DNA of 64,000 bases from an uncultured Chloroflexia bacterium (lineage in GTDB: Bacteria > Chloroflexota > Limnocylindria > Limnocylindrales > CSP1-4). Both the position numbers and the translations under genes were made by a program. Numbering within the stretch: the first letter of the stretch is position 1; every line of letters begins with the position of its first letter. This document shows positions 20,949 through 30,362 of the stretch, in pieces. Where the stretch lies: contig CAWCIK010000006.1 in the NCBI GenBank assembly GCA_963795645.1, positions 1,097,523 to 1,161,522 on the forward strand, in the 5' to 3' direction. Under the pieces are notes generated by a model. It saw only the letters and a program-made list of their open reading frames with translations. It made no database searches and had not been told where the DNA came from.

Positions 20949-22576
20949 GTCACGCCAACGTTATCGCGCACAGGGACAGTCAGAACCACCTCCGTGCCGC
21001 CGCTCGGCTCGCTTGTCACGCGCAGCTCTCCTCCCAGCAGTCGCGCACGCTCCTTCATGCCCTGTAGCCCAAGGCCGTCGCCGGGCGTCTCAGCGGGTCG
21101 GAATCCACGTCCGTTATCGACGATCGCGAGATGCAGAGTGTTGTTCTGGAGCTCAGTGCTGACCCGTACCACGGTAGCGTCAGCGTGCTTCCGCACGTTG
21201 GTCAGCGCTTCCTGCAGGACCCGCAACACCTCGACCTGCATTCTTGGCGGCAGGCCCTCAGGCAGATCAGCCGCAGCAAAATCGGCGCGCACGCCCGATC
21301 GCGCGGCAAACTCGTCGATCGTGCGCGACATCTGCTCCTCGAGGGGTAGATCACGATCGTCGCCCGCGCGCATCGTCACGACCGCCTGTTTTGCCTCCGC
21401 GATGGCCGAGTCGAGTGCCTGCGTGACCTCCTGGGCAAGCTCCTTCTGATCGTCGGGCACGTGAGGCACCAGACGCTCGTGCTTGAGCTTGGCAAACCAC
21501 AGGTCCTGGGCCAATCCGTCATGCAGCTCGCGGGCAAGACGCGTCCGTTCTTCGAGCGTTGCCCGCTCGGCCTCGGAGGTGCGCAGCCTGTCGAGGGCTG
21601 CATATGCGCTGCGCAGGGCGCGCAGGTCGGAGCGTGACTCGGCGTTGATGCCCGCGAAGAGGACCACGAAGAACATCAGGCGCAGCGCCTCGCTGGTCGT
21701 GACGAGCCCGCCATACACGCCCGGATAGAAGAAGAAATGGATCTCTGCGAAAGCGCCGATGAGCATCGCGACAGAGAGGTAACCGTCGGCGACCGGGCCG
21801 TCGCGCAGATACGAACGGCGATAGAGCAGCACGCCCACGAGGTACAAGCCAACGCTTATCGCCTGGATGATCAGCGCGATGCCGCTGACATCTGGCATCG
21901 CCCCGGCAAAGCGCGGCTCGGTGATCATGGCCTTGATTCCAGCCGGGCCGACGAACGGCGGCAGTAGGGTATCGAAGGTCGCGATCTGCTCGCGGATGAG
22001 GAACAGGACGACGATCACGACTGTCACGACCACGGTCGGCACGAGCAGCACACGACGGGTGCGCGGCTGACCCTGGAGCATGGCCAGGGCAGCGGCGCCG
22101 CCCACGACGAGCAGCGCCCCCGCGATGAGCCGGGTGATCGACGATATGTACAGCGGCATCTGCTCCGGCGCGCCAAGCGACAGGCCGAACTCACCCTCAA
22201 CCTTGAGCACGACGACCACGACGTTGAGCAGCGACACCCAGCCGATGAGCAGGAAGGCGCTGGCCTGGTAGAGGCCGGCGAGGCGCCCCGCCTCGCGATA
22301 GCGGGCGAGAGCCAGTGCCGCGAGGCTGCCCGCGGCGAGGACTGTCAGTGCATTGATCGCGAAATCGGCCGAACGATCGAGCAGCGCGAAGCTGAGCGAG
22401 CTGTCAACGAGAAACGCGGCGGTCGCAAGGAGGAGCGCCAACGCGGTGACGCCCAGGACAAGGTCAAGCCTGCGAACGGCGAGCCGATCACGCCGCTCGC
22501 GCAGCCGATCCATCTGCCGATGATAGGTCTGCAAACGAGCCGCGCTGCTCAAATCGCCGTCAATGCCACTGCTCAT
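20945..22576 (-). CDS. Sensor histidine kinase (polytopic N-terminus, HisKA_3 + HATPase_c)
   Basis: 'RLARELHDGLAQ' H-box and 'QEALTN..KHA', 'DNGRGF', 'GLGL.GM.ERA' N/G boxes. 4-nt overlap with the response regulator gene. Confidence 0.9.
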   Translation of the reverse strand: MSSGIDGDLSSAARLQTYHRQMDRLRERRDRLAVRRLDLVLGVTALALLLATAAFLVDSSLSFALLDRSADFAINALTVLAAGSLAALALARYREAGRLAGLYQASAFLLIGWVSLLNVVVVVLKVEGEFGLSLGAPEQMPLYISSITRLIAGALLVVGGAAALAMLQGQPRTRRVLLVPTVVVTVVIVVLFLIREQIATFDTLLPPFVGPAGIKAMITEPRFAGAMPDVSGIALIIQAISVGLYLVGVLLYRRSYLRDGPVADGYLSVAMLIGAFAEIHFFFYPGVYGGLVTTSEALRLMFFVVLFAGINAESRSDLRALRSAYAALDRLRTSEAERATLEERTRLARELHDGLAQDLWFAKLKHERLVPHVPDDQKELAQEVTQALDSAIAEAKQAVVTMRAGDDRDLPLEEQMSRTIDEFAARSGVRADFAAADLPEGLPPRMQVEVLRVLQEALTNVRKHADATVVRVSTELQNNTLHLAIVDNGRGFRPAETPGDGLGLQGMKERARLLGGELRVTSEPSGGTEVVLTVPVRDNVGVT

Positions 22577-22873
22577 ATGAGTCGGACAAGACTAGAGCCG
22601 GACCGCGCCCCAGCGCCGATCCGGCTCCCGTCAACGCTCGTCTGCTCACCCCGCCGTGTAAGGGTGGCGCCGAACTGAGATGTTCTGGTTCATCGCGGCC
22701 AGCCAGTGGCTGCGACAACGCATACGATGGGCCATACCGAGCGGCGCGAACATCCGAAGGTGTACGGAATTGAGTACGTAGCCGTCACTCCGTACTCCGG
22801 CCTTGTGTACTTCGGTACGCATCCGCGCCTTTACAAACCACCCACAACTGTCCCTACCCAACAAGGACTGGCA

Positions 22874-23869
22874 ATGAACTCTGCCGGCGTGACTCGGCGT
22901 GCACCGGAATGGCAGGTATGGACAGCTCTTTTGATCGTCTATGTCGTCTGGGGATCGACATACCTGGCGATCAGCGTCGTCGTCGAAACGATGCCCTCGT
23001 TGCTGACCGCCGGAGTCCGGCACCTGATTGCGGGGGCGATCCTTTTCATTCTGCTTCTGATTACCCGCGGCGCACGGTCATTGCGCCTGACGCGTAGCGA
23101 GTGGCTTGGCGCCGGCTTCGTGGGCCTGGCCTTGTTACTCGGCGGAAACGGGCTGGTGGTCGTCGCCGAGCGCGATGTGCCAAGCGGGCTGACAGCGCTG
23201 ATCATCGCCAGCGTCCCGCTCTTCGTCGTCATTCTCAGACGCATCTTCGGCGAGCGAGTGGCGCTGGGGACATACGCCGGTGTTGCAGTCGGCTTCGCCG
23301 GCGTCGCGGTCTTGATCATCCCGCGGGGAATCTCTGGCAGTGTCTCGATGGTCGGCATGCTCCTTCTGATCGGTGCTTCGTTGAGCTGGGCGATCGGCTC
23401 CTACTTCTCGCGTCGCGTCACTCTGCCCCGCGACCCGCTTGCGTCGACTGGAACGCAGATGCTGGTTGGCGGTACAGGCCTTCTGGTCGCGGGGACGCTG
23501 ACCGGTGAGCCCGCGCTCGTTCACGTCGAGTCGTTCAGCACCGCATCGGTCGTAGCCCTGCTGTATCTGATCGTTTTCGGCAGTGTCATCGCATACACGG
23601 CCTATACGTGGCTTCTCCAGAACGCGAGCGTTTCGCGCGTATCGACGTACGCATATGTCAATCCCCTCGTGGCGATCGTGCTGGGCTCGGCCCTGCTCAA
23701 CGAACCGGTCGATGCCCTGATCGTCGTGGGCGCCGCAATGATCGTCGTCGCGGTCAGCGTGGTCGTGCGCACAGAGTCGAGTCGGGCGCCGACGGACACG
23801 CCAACGGGCGCCGCCGGGGCATCGCCGGCGGCCTCACAGGAGCTCCAGGAGAAGGCCGCCGCCGGCTGA
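22874..23869 (+). CDS. EamA/DMT family transporter
   Basis: Ten hydrophobic helices and 'VVWGSTYLAI' plus duplicated EamA-type repeats. The ATG at 22874 was preferred over the upstream track start. Confidence 0.85.
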   Translation: MNSAGVTRRAPEWQVWTALLIVYVVWGSTYLAISVVVETMPSLLTAGVRHLIAGAILFILLLITRGARSLRLTRSEWLGAGFVGLALLLGGNGLVVVAERDVPSGLTALIIASVPLFVVILRRIFGERVALGTYAGVAVGFAGVAVLIIPRGISGSVSMVGMLLLIGASLSWAIGSYFSRRVTLPRDPLASTGTQMLVGGTGLLVAGTLTGEPALVHVESFSTASVVALLYLIVFGSVIAYTAYTWLLQNASVSRVSTYAYVNPLVAIVLGSALLNEPVDALIVVGAAMIVVAVSVVVRTESSRAPTDTPTGAAGASPAASQELQEKAAAG

Positions 23870-23906
23870 CCGGCCGGGTGAGGCGGGGGCGAGCGTGTCC
23901 GGCTGA

Positions 23907-24932
23907 TCAGTCCAGCTTCAGGTCGGCCAGGAGCGCGGCCAGCTCGCGCGCGTTGGTCGAGCCGTAATTCGCGTAGCAGTTGTTCATAAGCACGTGCAGG
24001 TCACGCGTTTGCTTGCCGGCCTCCGCCAGCCTTGGCGCCCAGCCGGCCAGCTCCTCGCGGTCGTACAGGTAGCGGAAGCGCTCGGCTGGGGTGATGCCCT
24101 TCTTCTCCCAGTTGTCCATGTTGCGTCCGTGGAAGCGCATCAGCGCAAGGTCGGGCGAGGTAACCGCGACCATGGCGGGCACGCTCGACTTGAAGCCCTG
24201 CGGCTCATCGACCATCACGAAGGGCAGCTTGTTGTCGGTCAGGTAGCGCATCGTCCGGTCGAGGTTCTTGGCGTTGAACCACGAGCCGTTGCGCAGCTCA
24301 ACGGCGAATGCATTGCCGGCCAGGCGTTCGCGCGCGGCCAGGATCTCGTCGCGGCTTTCCGAGATGGGAAAGAACCACCTGGGGTACTGGAGCAACACCG
24401 AACCGAGCTGGCCGGCCGCGCGCAGGGGCTCGAGACCTTCCAGAAACATCCGCCATACCTCGCCAAGCAGCTCGGGCGGCAGATCGCGGGCGTAGATGCG
24501 GGGCTTAGCGGCCAGATCCGCCGACAGCTCGTCGCGAATGGCCTTGGGCAGCCGCTTCGTCTCTGTCGGCTGGCCGGTCATCAGCGCGTGGGCCTTGACG
24601 TCGAAGACGAAGTCAGGCGGCGTACGCTCTCGCCACAGCTCGGATACGCGCGTCGTGGGCAACGCGTAGTACGTGGCGTCGATCTCCACGAGCGGAAACT
24701 GCGTCGCGTAGTAGTTGAGCCGCTCCTCGGCGCTATCGGCGCCCCTCGGGTAGAAGACCGTGCCGGCGGTCATGGTCGGATCCGTCCACGACGCGGTGCC
24801 GATCCGTACGGTGGCGCCACCACCGGGTAGCTCGATCGGCTCAGCCGCCGCGTTCAGAACCTGCGCAGCTCGAGCGCCTGCGACATCCGGTCCCGGATCG
24901 TGCGAATTCGAAGGATGTTCGGTCGAGGGCAC
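23907..24932 (-). CDS. DUF72 (YecE-like) domain protein
   Basis: 'VRIGTASWTD' and 'Y...FP.VEID.TYYA.P' motifs. The GTG at 24932 follows GGAGG at 9-nt spacing. Confidence 0.8.
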   Translation of the reverse strand: MPSTEHPSNSHDPGPDVAGARAAQVLNAAAEPIELPGGGATVRIGTASWTDPTMTAGTVFYPRGADSAEERLNYYATQFPLVEIDATYYALPTTRVSELWRERTPPDFVFDVKAHALMTGQPTETKRLPKAIRDELSADLAAKPRIYARDLPPELLGEVWRMFLEGLEPLRAAGQLGSVLLQYPRWFFPISESRDEILAARERLAGNAFAVELRNGSWFNAKNLDRTMRYLTDNKLPFVMVDEPQGFKSSVPAMVAVTSPDLALMRFHGRNMDNWEKKGITPAERFRYLYDREELAGWAPRLAEAGKQTRDLHVLMNNCYANYGSTNARELAALLADLKLD

Positions 24933-25160
24933 TTGAGCGTACCTCCGTGCAGACAGGCGGGCCACCCGATTGTCGCAGCGTCGCTCGTGGCGCTCCGACG
25001 CTGACGACTGGGACGATCGTGCCGGTCCTATGAGAAGGACCGGCGGTACCGCCACGCGCCGACGCCGTCGACGATGGGCTGGCAATCATCCCGCGGCGTC
25101 GGCCCATGAGGTTGGCGAGACCCCGCATCGTTCGTAGGTCGTGAGAGGGAATCGGTCCGA

Positions 25161-26699
25161 ATGTTCAATCCTGTTATTGCGCGCCTGCGTCACGAGCCCG
25201 CCAAAGTCGCCATCGGCGCCGTCCTCCTGGTGGCGCTTGTGGTCCCGGCGGTCGCGTCGGCCACGGGCATGCCGTCGCTGAGCCCGAACTTTCACGGTGC
25301 CGGCGCCGTCGGTGGCGCGTGGCTGGTGCAGTATCGGCCCGACGTAAGCGACGTCGACGCGACAAGGGCCGTCGATTCGACCGGAGCGACCGAGATCGGC
25401 GATCTGGGCGACATCAACACCCACGTGCTCAACATCCCTGTCGGTCGCGAGCAGCAGATCCTGACCGAGCTGGCCAGGGATCCGCGTGTGGTGTCGGTCG
25501 AGAAGGACGGCACGATGCACACGAGCCTTGTACCGGCTGATCCGCATTGGGCGCAGGCATGGGGCCCCAAGCTCGTCAATGCGCCCCAGGCGTGGAACAT
25601 GACGACCGGCGCGAAGTCAACGATCATCGCGGTCGTTGATACGGGTGTTGATCCCAGGCAGCCCGACCTGCGCGGCCGCGTCCTGCGCGGCTGGGACTTC
25701 CAGAACAACGATGCCAATCCCAAGGACGACAACGGTCACGGCACGGCCGTCGCCGGGGTAGCGGCAGCGGCCGCCAACGACAACGTCGGCATCGCCGGCA
25801 TGTGCTGGAAGTGCCAGATCCTGCCGGTCAAGGTCCTCAACGCGAACGGCAGCGGCAACCACTCGAACATCGCCGCGGGCATCGTCTGGGCGACGAAGCA
25901 CGGCGCCGACGTCATCAACCTCAGCCTTGCCGGCCCGAGCGACGCGAACGTCATCGCCAATGCCATCCAGTTCGCACGCAACCATGGAGTCGTCGTCGTA
26001 GCGGCGGCCGGCAACGAGGGCACCAGCCGGCGCTTCTATCCGGCCGCGTACCCGGGCGTCATCAGCGTTGGCGCGACGAGCAGCTCTGACGTCCTGTACA
26101 GCTGGTCGAACCGTGGGTCGTGGGTCAAGCTGTCGGCTCCCGGCTGCGCATACACCGGGTCCACCGGCCCAATCCGCTGGTCGTGGTGGTGCGGGACGTC
26201 ATTCGCAACGCCGGTCGTCGCCGGCACGGCGGCACTGATGAAGAGCCTCAAGCCGGGCCTCTCACGAGCTCAGATCGAGCGAGCCCTGCTCAATTCCACA
26301 GTTCGCGTGCGAGGCATATCGGTCGGCAGGATCGACGCCGCCAAGGCGCTTCGCGTCGCATCCAGCCTGGGTGCCACGTCGCCGCCGACGCAGACCCCCA
26401 GCCCCACCCCGACTGCCACTCCAAGGACGCTGGCGTGGCGCGCCGACCTCGACAGTGGCACGCGGTCGCGCACCCGTACCTTTCAGCTCTCCGGCGCGGT
26501 ACATCTCAGACTGCAGTGGGCGAGCGGCACCCAGGTCTACCTCCGGGTCACCAACTCATCGGGCGACGTGCTCGTGAACTGGCACGACAGCGACGGTGAG
26601 ATCGACTGGAATCGGACGGTGCACGACGGAGATTTCAAGGTGCAGGTGGGTGAGTGGTCGGGTGCCTCGACCTCGTTCAAGGTGACGATACAGAACTGA
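25161..26699 (+). CDS. Secreted S8 (subtilisin) family serine peptidase with C-terminal beta-rich domain
   Basis: Signal peptide. Catalytic 'VVDTGVD', 'HGTAVAG' and 'GTSFATPVVAG'. Confidence 0.92.
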   Translation: MFNPVIARLRHEPAKVAIGAVLLVALVVPAVASATGMPSLSPNFHGAGAVGGAWLVQYRPDVSDVDATRAVDSTGATEIGDLGDINTHVLNIPVGREQQILTELARDPRVVSVEKDGTMHTSLVPADPHWAQAWGPKLVNAPQAWNMTTGAKSTIIAVVDTGVDPRQPDLRGRVLRGWDFQNNDANPKDDNGHGTAVAGVAAAAANDNVGIAGMCWKCQILPVKVLNANGSGNHSNIAAGIVWATKHGADVINLSLAGPSDANVIANAIQFARNHGVVVVAAAGNEGTSRRFYPAAYPGVISVGATSSSDVLYSWSNRGSWVKLSAPGCAYTGSTGPIRWSWWCGTSFATPVVAGTAALMKSLKPGLSRAQIERALLNSTVRVRGISVGRIDAAKALRVASSLGATSPPTQTPSPTPTATPRTLAWRADLDSGTRSRTRTFQLSGAVHLRLQWASGTQVYLRVTNSSGDVLVNWHDSDGEIDWNRTVHDGDFKVQVGEWSGASTSFKVTIQN

Positions 26700-26719
26700 C
26701 TGGTCCAGCGAGCCGGGAT

Positions 26720-28000
26720 CTATCGATGAACGCCTCGCGCCCATCCCAGGCGCCCGCTCTCGAGCTCGGGAACCTGTCCTGACTCGGGTGCTCCGGACGA
26801 CAGGGTCCTGGTAAACCGACCGTAGGCCCTGGCCAGCGGTCCGGCGCTCAGCCCGTGCAGGATGACTGACAGAAGAACTGTCCACGAGACTGCGGAGACG
26901 ACGGGCGCGGCGTCAATGCCGCCGGCGCCAAGGCCTTCAAGGCCGATGACCAGGAAAACGATCGAAGCCAATCCGCGCGGGCCGAACCATCCGATGAAGA
27001 GCATGGTTGGCGGCCTGAAACCTATGCCAAGCAGGGCAAGGGCGACCGGAATCAGGCGCATGACGGTCAGGCTGAGGACGGCAAACAGGATGGCGTTCAC
27101 GTTCCAGAACGTCGGGGCCAGCTCGCCCGCAATGACCAGCCCGAAAGCGGCCCAAACACCTATCGCGAGCAAGGTTCCCTGGGTCTCCGTGAATCGAACC
27201 GCTCGTTCGTCATGGTGCCTGGAGCCAGAGCCGAAGGCGAGCCCGGCAACGAAGGCAGCAATGAAGCCGTTGCCGCCCATTGCCGCAGCGGTGAGATAGC
27301 TGCCGGCGGCGAGGGCGAGAACGAAGAGCTGACTCGATGCTCCCGAGGCCCAGCCGCGCGCCAGCGAGCCGTCCAGCAGCTTGCCCCCGACAAAGCCGAG
27401 AACAACACCCACGACGGCGCCGACGGCCGATGCGACCACGGCGTCGGTCAGCCACGCGTCATGACCGGTCGCTTCGGTCGCGGCGAGGCCGAGACCAAGA
27501 AAGACAAATGGCGTGGCGATCCCATCGTTCAGGCCACTCTCCACGCTGAGCAGCCGGCGCACGCGTGATGGAACAACCGGGTTGCTGACCACGGGCTGGC
27601 CGAGCGCGGCGTCGGTCGGCGCAAGCGCGGAGCCGATCAGCAGCGCGACGCCGAACGAGATGCCTGGAAAGAGCAGGGCCGCACTGACGGTGCCCAGGGC
27701 GATCGTCAGCGGCAGGCCGATAGCCAGCAGACGCACGATCGGGCCGATGTCGCGTTCCAGTGCACGACTTCTGATGCCCGACGCATCACTGAACAGAAGC
27801 AACGTGAGGGCCCCCTCTGCCAGGAGCCTGACCACCTCGGCCTCGGGCAGGTACGAGACGAGGCCGAGGGCTTTGTCAGAGACGACCAGGCCGATGGCCA
27901 CGAAGGCCATTGCGGGTCCGATCGAGTAGCGATCCAGACGCGCCGCGACGAGCGCGTATCCGGCGAGCAGCAGGGCGAGTACCGCCAGATCAGCGGGCAA
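26720..28000 (-). CDS. Cation:proton antiporter (Na+/H+ exchanger family)
   Basis: ~12 TM helices with 'ALAPTDA', 'ESGLNDG' and 'GPRG' CPA1-type motifs. TTG start. Confidence 0.85.
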   Translation of the reverse strand: MPADLAVLALLLAGYALVAARLDRYSIGPAMAFVAIGLVVSDKALGLVSYLPEAEVVRLLAEGALTLLLFSDASGIRSRALERDIGPIVRLLAIGLPLTIALGTVSAALLFPGISFGVALLIGSALAPTDAALGQPVVSNPVVPSRVRRLLSVESGLNDGIATPFVFLGLGLAATEATGHDAWLTDAVVASAVGAVVGVVLGFVGGKLLDGSLARGWASGASSQLFVLALAAGSYLTAAAMGGNGFIAAFVAGLAFGSGSRHHDERAVRFTETQGTLLAIGVWAAFGLVIAGELAPTFWNVNAILFAVLSLTVMRLIPVALALLGIGFRPPTMLFIGWFGPRGLASIVFLVIGLEGLGAGGIDAAPVVSAVSWTVLLSVILHGLSAGPLARAYGRFTRTLSSGAPESGQVPELESGRLGWARGVHR

Positions 28001-28071
28001 GGCTTGTTCCCGGCCCAGGCGGAGGCTGCTCGGTTCGGCCGCCGGTCGGAATCATCCTGATCGGGCCGCCT

Positions 28072-28785
28072 CTAGCGCGAAGGCAGTAGCGCTTGCACGG
28101 CAAGCACCAGGCCCTGCCCGAAGAGCGCCAGAATTGAGCACCACAGCAGGAACCCGGACAGGGCCGATCCGAAGAAGATGGGGTAGCGCATACCGCTCGC
28201 AGCGGCTGTGCTGGTGGTCAACGTCGTCAGGGGCGTCGGCAAGGCCGTGACCGCGAACACAGTCACTATGCCGTGCTTCTGGACCTGGCGCGAGACGCCC
28301 TCCTTGGCCGCGGCCCACGTGCGAGCACGGCGGCTCGTGGCCTCCGTCGGCATGGGCTCAGCGGGCGCTCCGGACGACCCATCGCCTGCCTGTTCCGCGT
28401 CGCGGGGCGCAGTGGTCGCCAGGCGGTGGCCCGCGGCGCGCGCGGCGAAAAAGTACGACGACTGGCCGATGACCATGGCCGCGGCCGCGACCGCCGCCAC
28501 GACGAGGGGATCGAGCACTGCGCCCTGCTGCACCACCATCACCCAGCTCAACGCGCGCACGCCCGGAACCGGGACCAGCGCGCCGCCCGCGCCTATCCAG
28601 CATGCGGCGAACAGGCTGGCGTAGGCCAGCACATCAAGCTGCGAGAAAACGAGATGCAGCAGCCGCGAAGAAACGATGATCGTGGCGATCCCGAAGGCCA
28701 CCAGCGCCACCAGCGCTGCCACGCGGCGCCGGCGCGTCGTGCGCCAGTACGCGGTCAGCGACGCCCGCCTGTTCGGCGAGCTCAC
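28072..28785 (-). CDS. Membrane protein, possibly VTT/DedA-YqaA-like
   Basis: 4-5 TM helices with a charged central loop. 4-nt overlap with the upstream GlcD-like gene. Family call is tentative. Confidence 0.45.
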   Translation of the reverse strand: MSSPNRRASLTAYWRTTRRRRVAALVALVAFGIATIIVSSRLLHLVFSQLDVLAYASLFAACWIGAGGALVPVPGVRALSWVMVVQQGAVLDPLVVAAVAAAAMVIGQSSYFFAARAAGHRLATTAPRDAEQAGDGSSGAPAEPMPTEATSRRARTWAAAKEGVSRQVQKHGIVTVFAVTALPTPLTTLTTSTAAASGMRYPIFFGSALSGFLLWCSILALFGQGLVLAVQALLPSR

Positions 28786-30239
28786 GGCTGATCGGCCGCA
28801 CGGTTCGGGGTCAACGTGCGGCCTTCGCTGCCCGAGGTCTGGGCGCGCGGTTCACGATCAGGCGATTGGTTGAAGACTTTGCCCGGGTTGAGCAGGTTGT
28901 TCGGGTCCAGGGCGTGCTTGATCGAGCGCATCACTTCCACGCCGCGCTCGCCGCGCTGGAGCTCAAGCCAACGCTTCTTGGCCAGCCCGGTGCCGTGTTC
29001 GCCGGTGACCGTGCCACCCAGCTCCAGCGCGGCCCGGTAGATCTCGTCGCGCGCGGCGTCGATCTTGCGCTCCGCGTCGGGGTCGTCTCGATCGAGCACA
29101 TACGTCGGGTGAAGATTGCCGTCGCCGGCGTGGCCGAAGATGCCGACGGGCAGCTTGTGTCGAGCGGCGATCTCGGTGATGCGATCGATCATCTCGGGGA
29201 TGCTGCTGCGCGGCACGCCGACGTCGTCCATGCGCGCGGCGCCTGCTCGCTCGAGTGAGCCGTGCGCGCCGCGCCGTGCCTGTCGCAGCCAGTCGGCTTC
29301 CTGGGTGTCAGCGGAGATGAGCACCGACGTAGCGCCTGCGCCCAGGCAGGCCTGTTCGGCCGTCTTGAGCTCCTCGAGGGCCGCGTCGCCGCCCATGTCG
29401 GACTCGACCATCAGCATCGCCGCGGCATCGCGATCGAGGCCAAGATTGAACGCGTCATCGACGGCCGCGATCGTGAACGCGTCCATCAGCTCGAGCGTGA
29501 CCGGTGTGATGCCCGCGGACGTGATGTTCGCGACGCCCTGGCCGGCGGCGTGAATCGACCCGAAGAAGGCGAGCAGCGTCAGGTTCGCCGGTGGCCTGGG
29601 CAGCAGCCGAAGCGTGGCCTGGGTGATCAGGCCGAGCGTGCCCTCGGAGCCGACGAAGAGTCCGGTCAGGTCGTAGCCCGCGACGTCCTTGACTGTCTTT
29701 CCGCCGGTCCGGATGATGCTCCCGTCGGCCAGCACGACCTCCAGCCCGAGCACCCAGTCGCGTGTGACGCCGTACTTGACGCAGCGCAGCCCGCCTGAGT
29801 TCTCGGCCAGGTTGCCGCCGATCGTGCATGTCTCGAAGCTCGCTGGGTCGGGCGGATAGAGCAGCCCGTGTTCGGCAGCGGCGCGATTGAGGTCGGCGTT
29901 GATCACGCCGGGCTGGACCGTGGCCGTCAGGTTCAGCGCGTCGATCTCGAGAATCTGGTTCATCTGGGTGAAGACAACGGTCATGCACCCGTCCACGGCC
30001 ACGGCACCGCCGGACAAGCCGGTTCCCGCGCCGCGCGGCACGATCGGCACACCGGCCGCCGCGGCTATCCCGACGATCACGACGACATCCTGGGTCGAAC
30101 GCGGGAAGGAGACGAGCGCCGGGTGGCCGGCGTGCATGAACGCCGTTTCGTCGAAGCGAAAAGCCTCGAGATCAGCCGGGTCGCTGACGATGCGCAGGTC
30201 GGGCAGCGCGGCGTGCAGCTTCGCGGTCAGGTCGGCCAT
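28782..30239 (-). CDS. FAD-linked oxidase (GlcD/D-lactate dehydrogenase family)
   Basis: 'PRGAGTGLSGGAV' FAD_binding_4 motif and C-terminal 'GTV.GEHG.G..K' with 'DP...LNPGK'. Confidence 0.9.
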   Translation of the reverse strand: MADLTAKLHAALPDLRIVSDPADLEAFRFDETAFMHAGHPALVSFPRSTQDVVVIVGIAAAAGVPIVPRGAGTGLSGGAVAVDGCMTVVFTQMNQILEIDALNLTATVQPGVINADLNRAAAEHGLLYPPDPASFETCTIGGNLAENSGGLRCVKYGVTRDWVLGLEVVLADGSIIRTGGKTVKDVAGYDLTGLFVGSEGTLGLITQATLRLLPRPPANLTLLAFFGSIHAAGQGVANITSAGITPVTLELMDAFTIAAVDDAFNLGLDRDAAAMLMVESDMGGDAALEELKTAEQACLGAGATSVLISADTQEADWLRQARRGAHGSLERAGAARMDDVGVPRSSIPEMIDRITEIAARHKLPVGIFGHAGDGNLHPTYVLDRDDPDAERKIDAARDEIYRAALELGGTVTGEHGTGLAKKRWLELQRGERGVEVMRSIKHALDPNNLLNPGKVFNQSPDREPRAQTSGSEGRTLTPNRAADQP

Positions 30240-30362
30240 CGCGGTCAGGCTATCTCCATGCCGGATGTAATTTGGTCTTCGGGCGTAACGGCGGACTGAC
30301 GTCCGCGGCGCGGGCCACTATTCTTGGCCTACTTTCTCGACGATCTGTGCCCAGGGGTCCCA

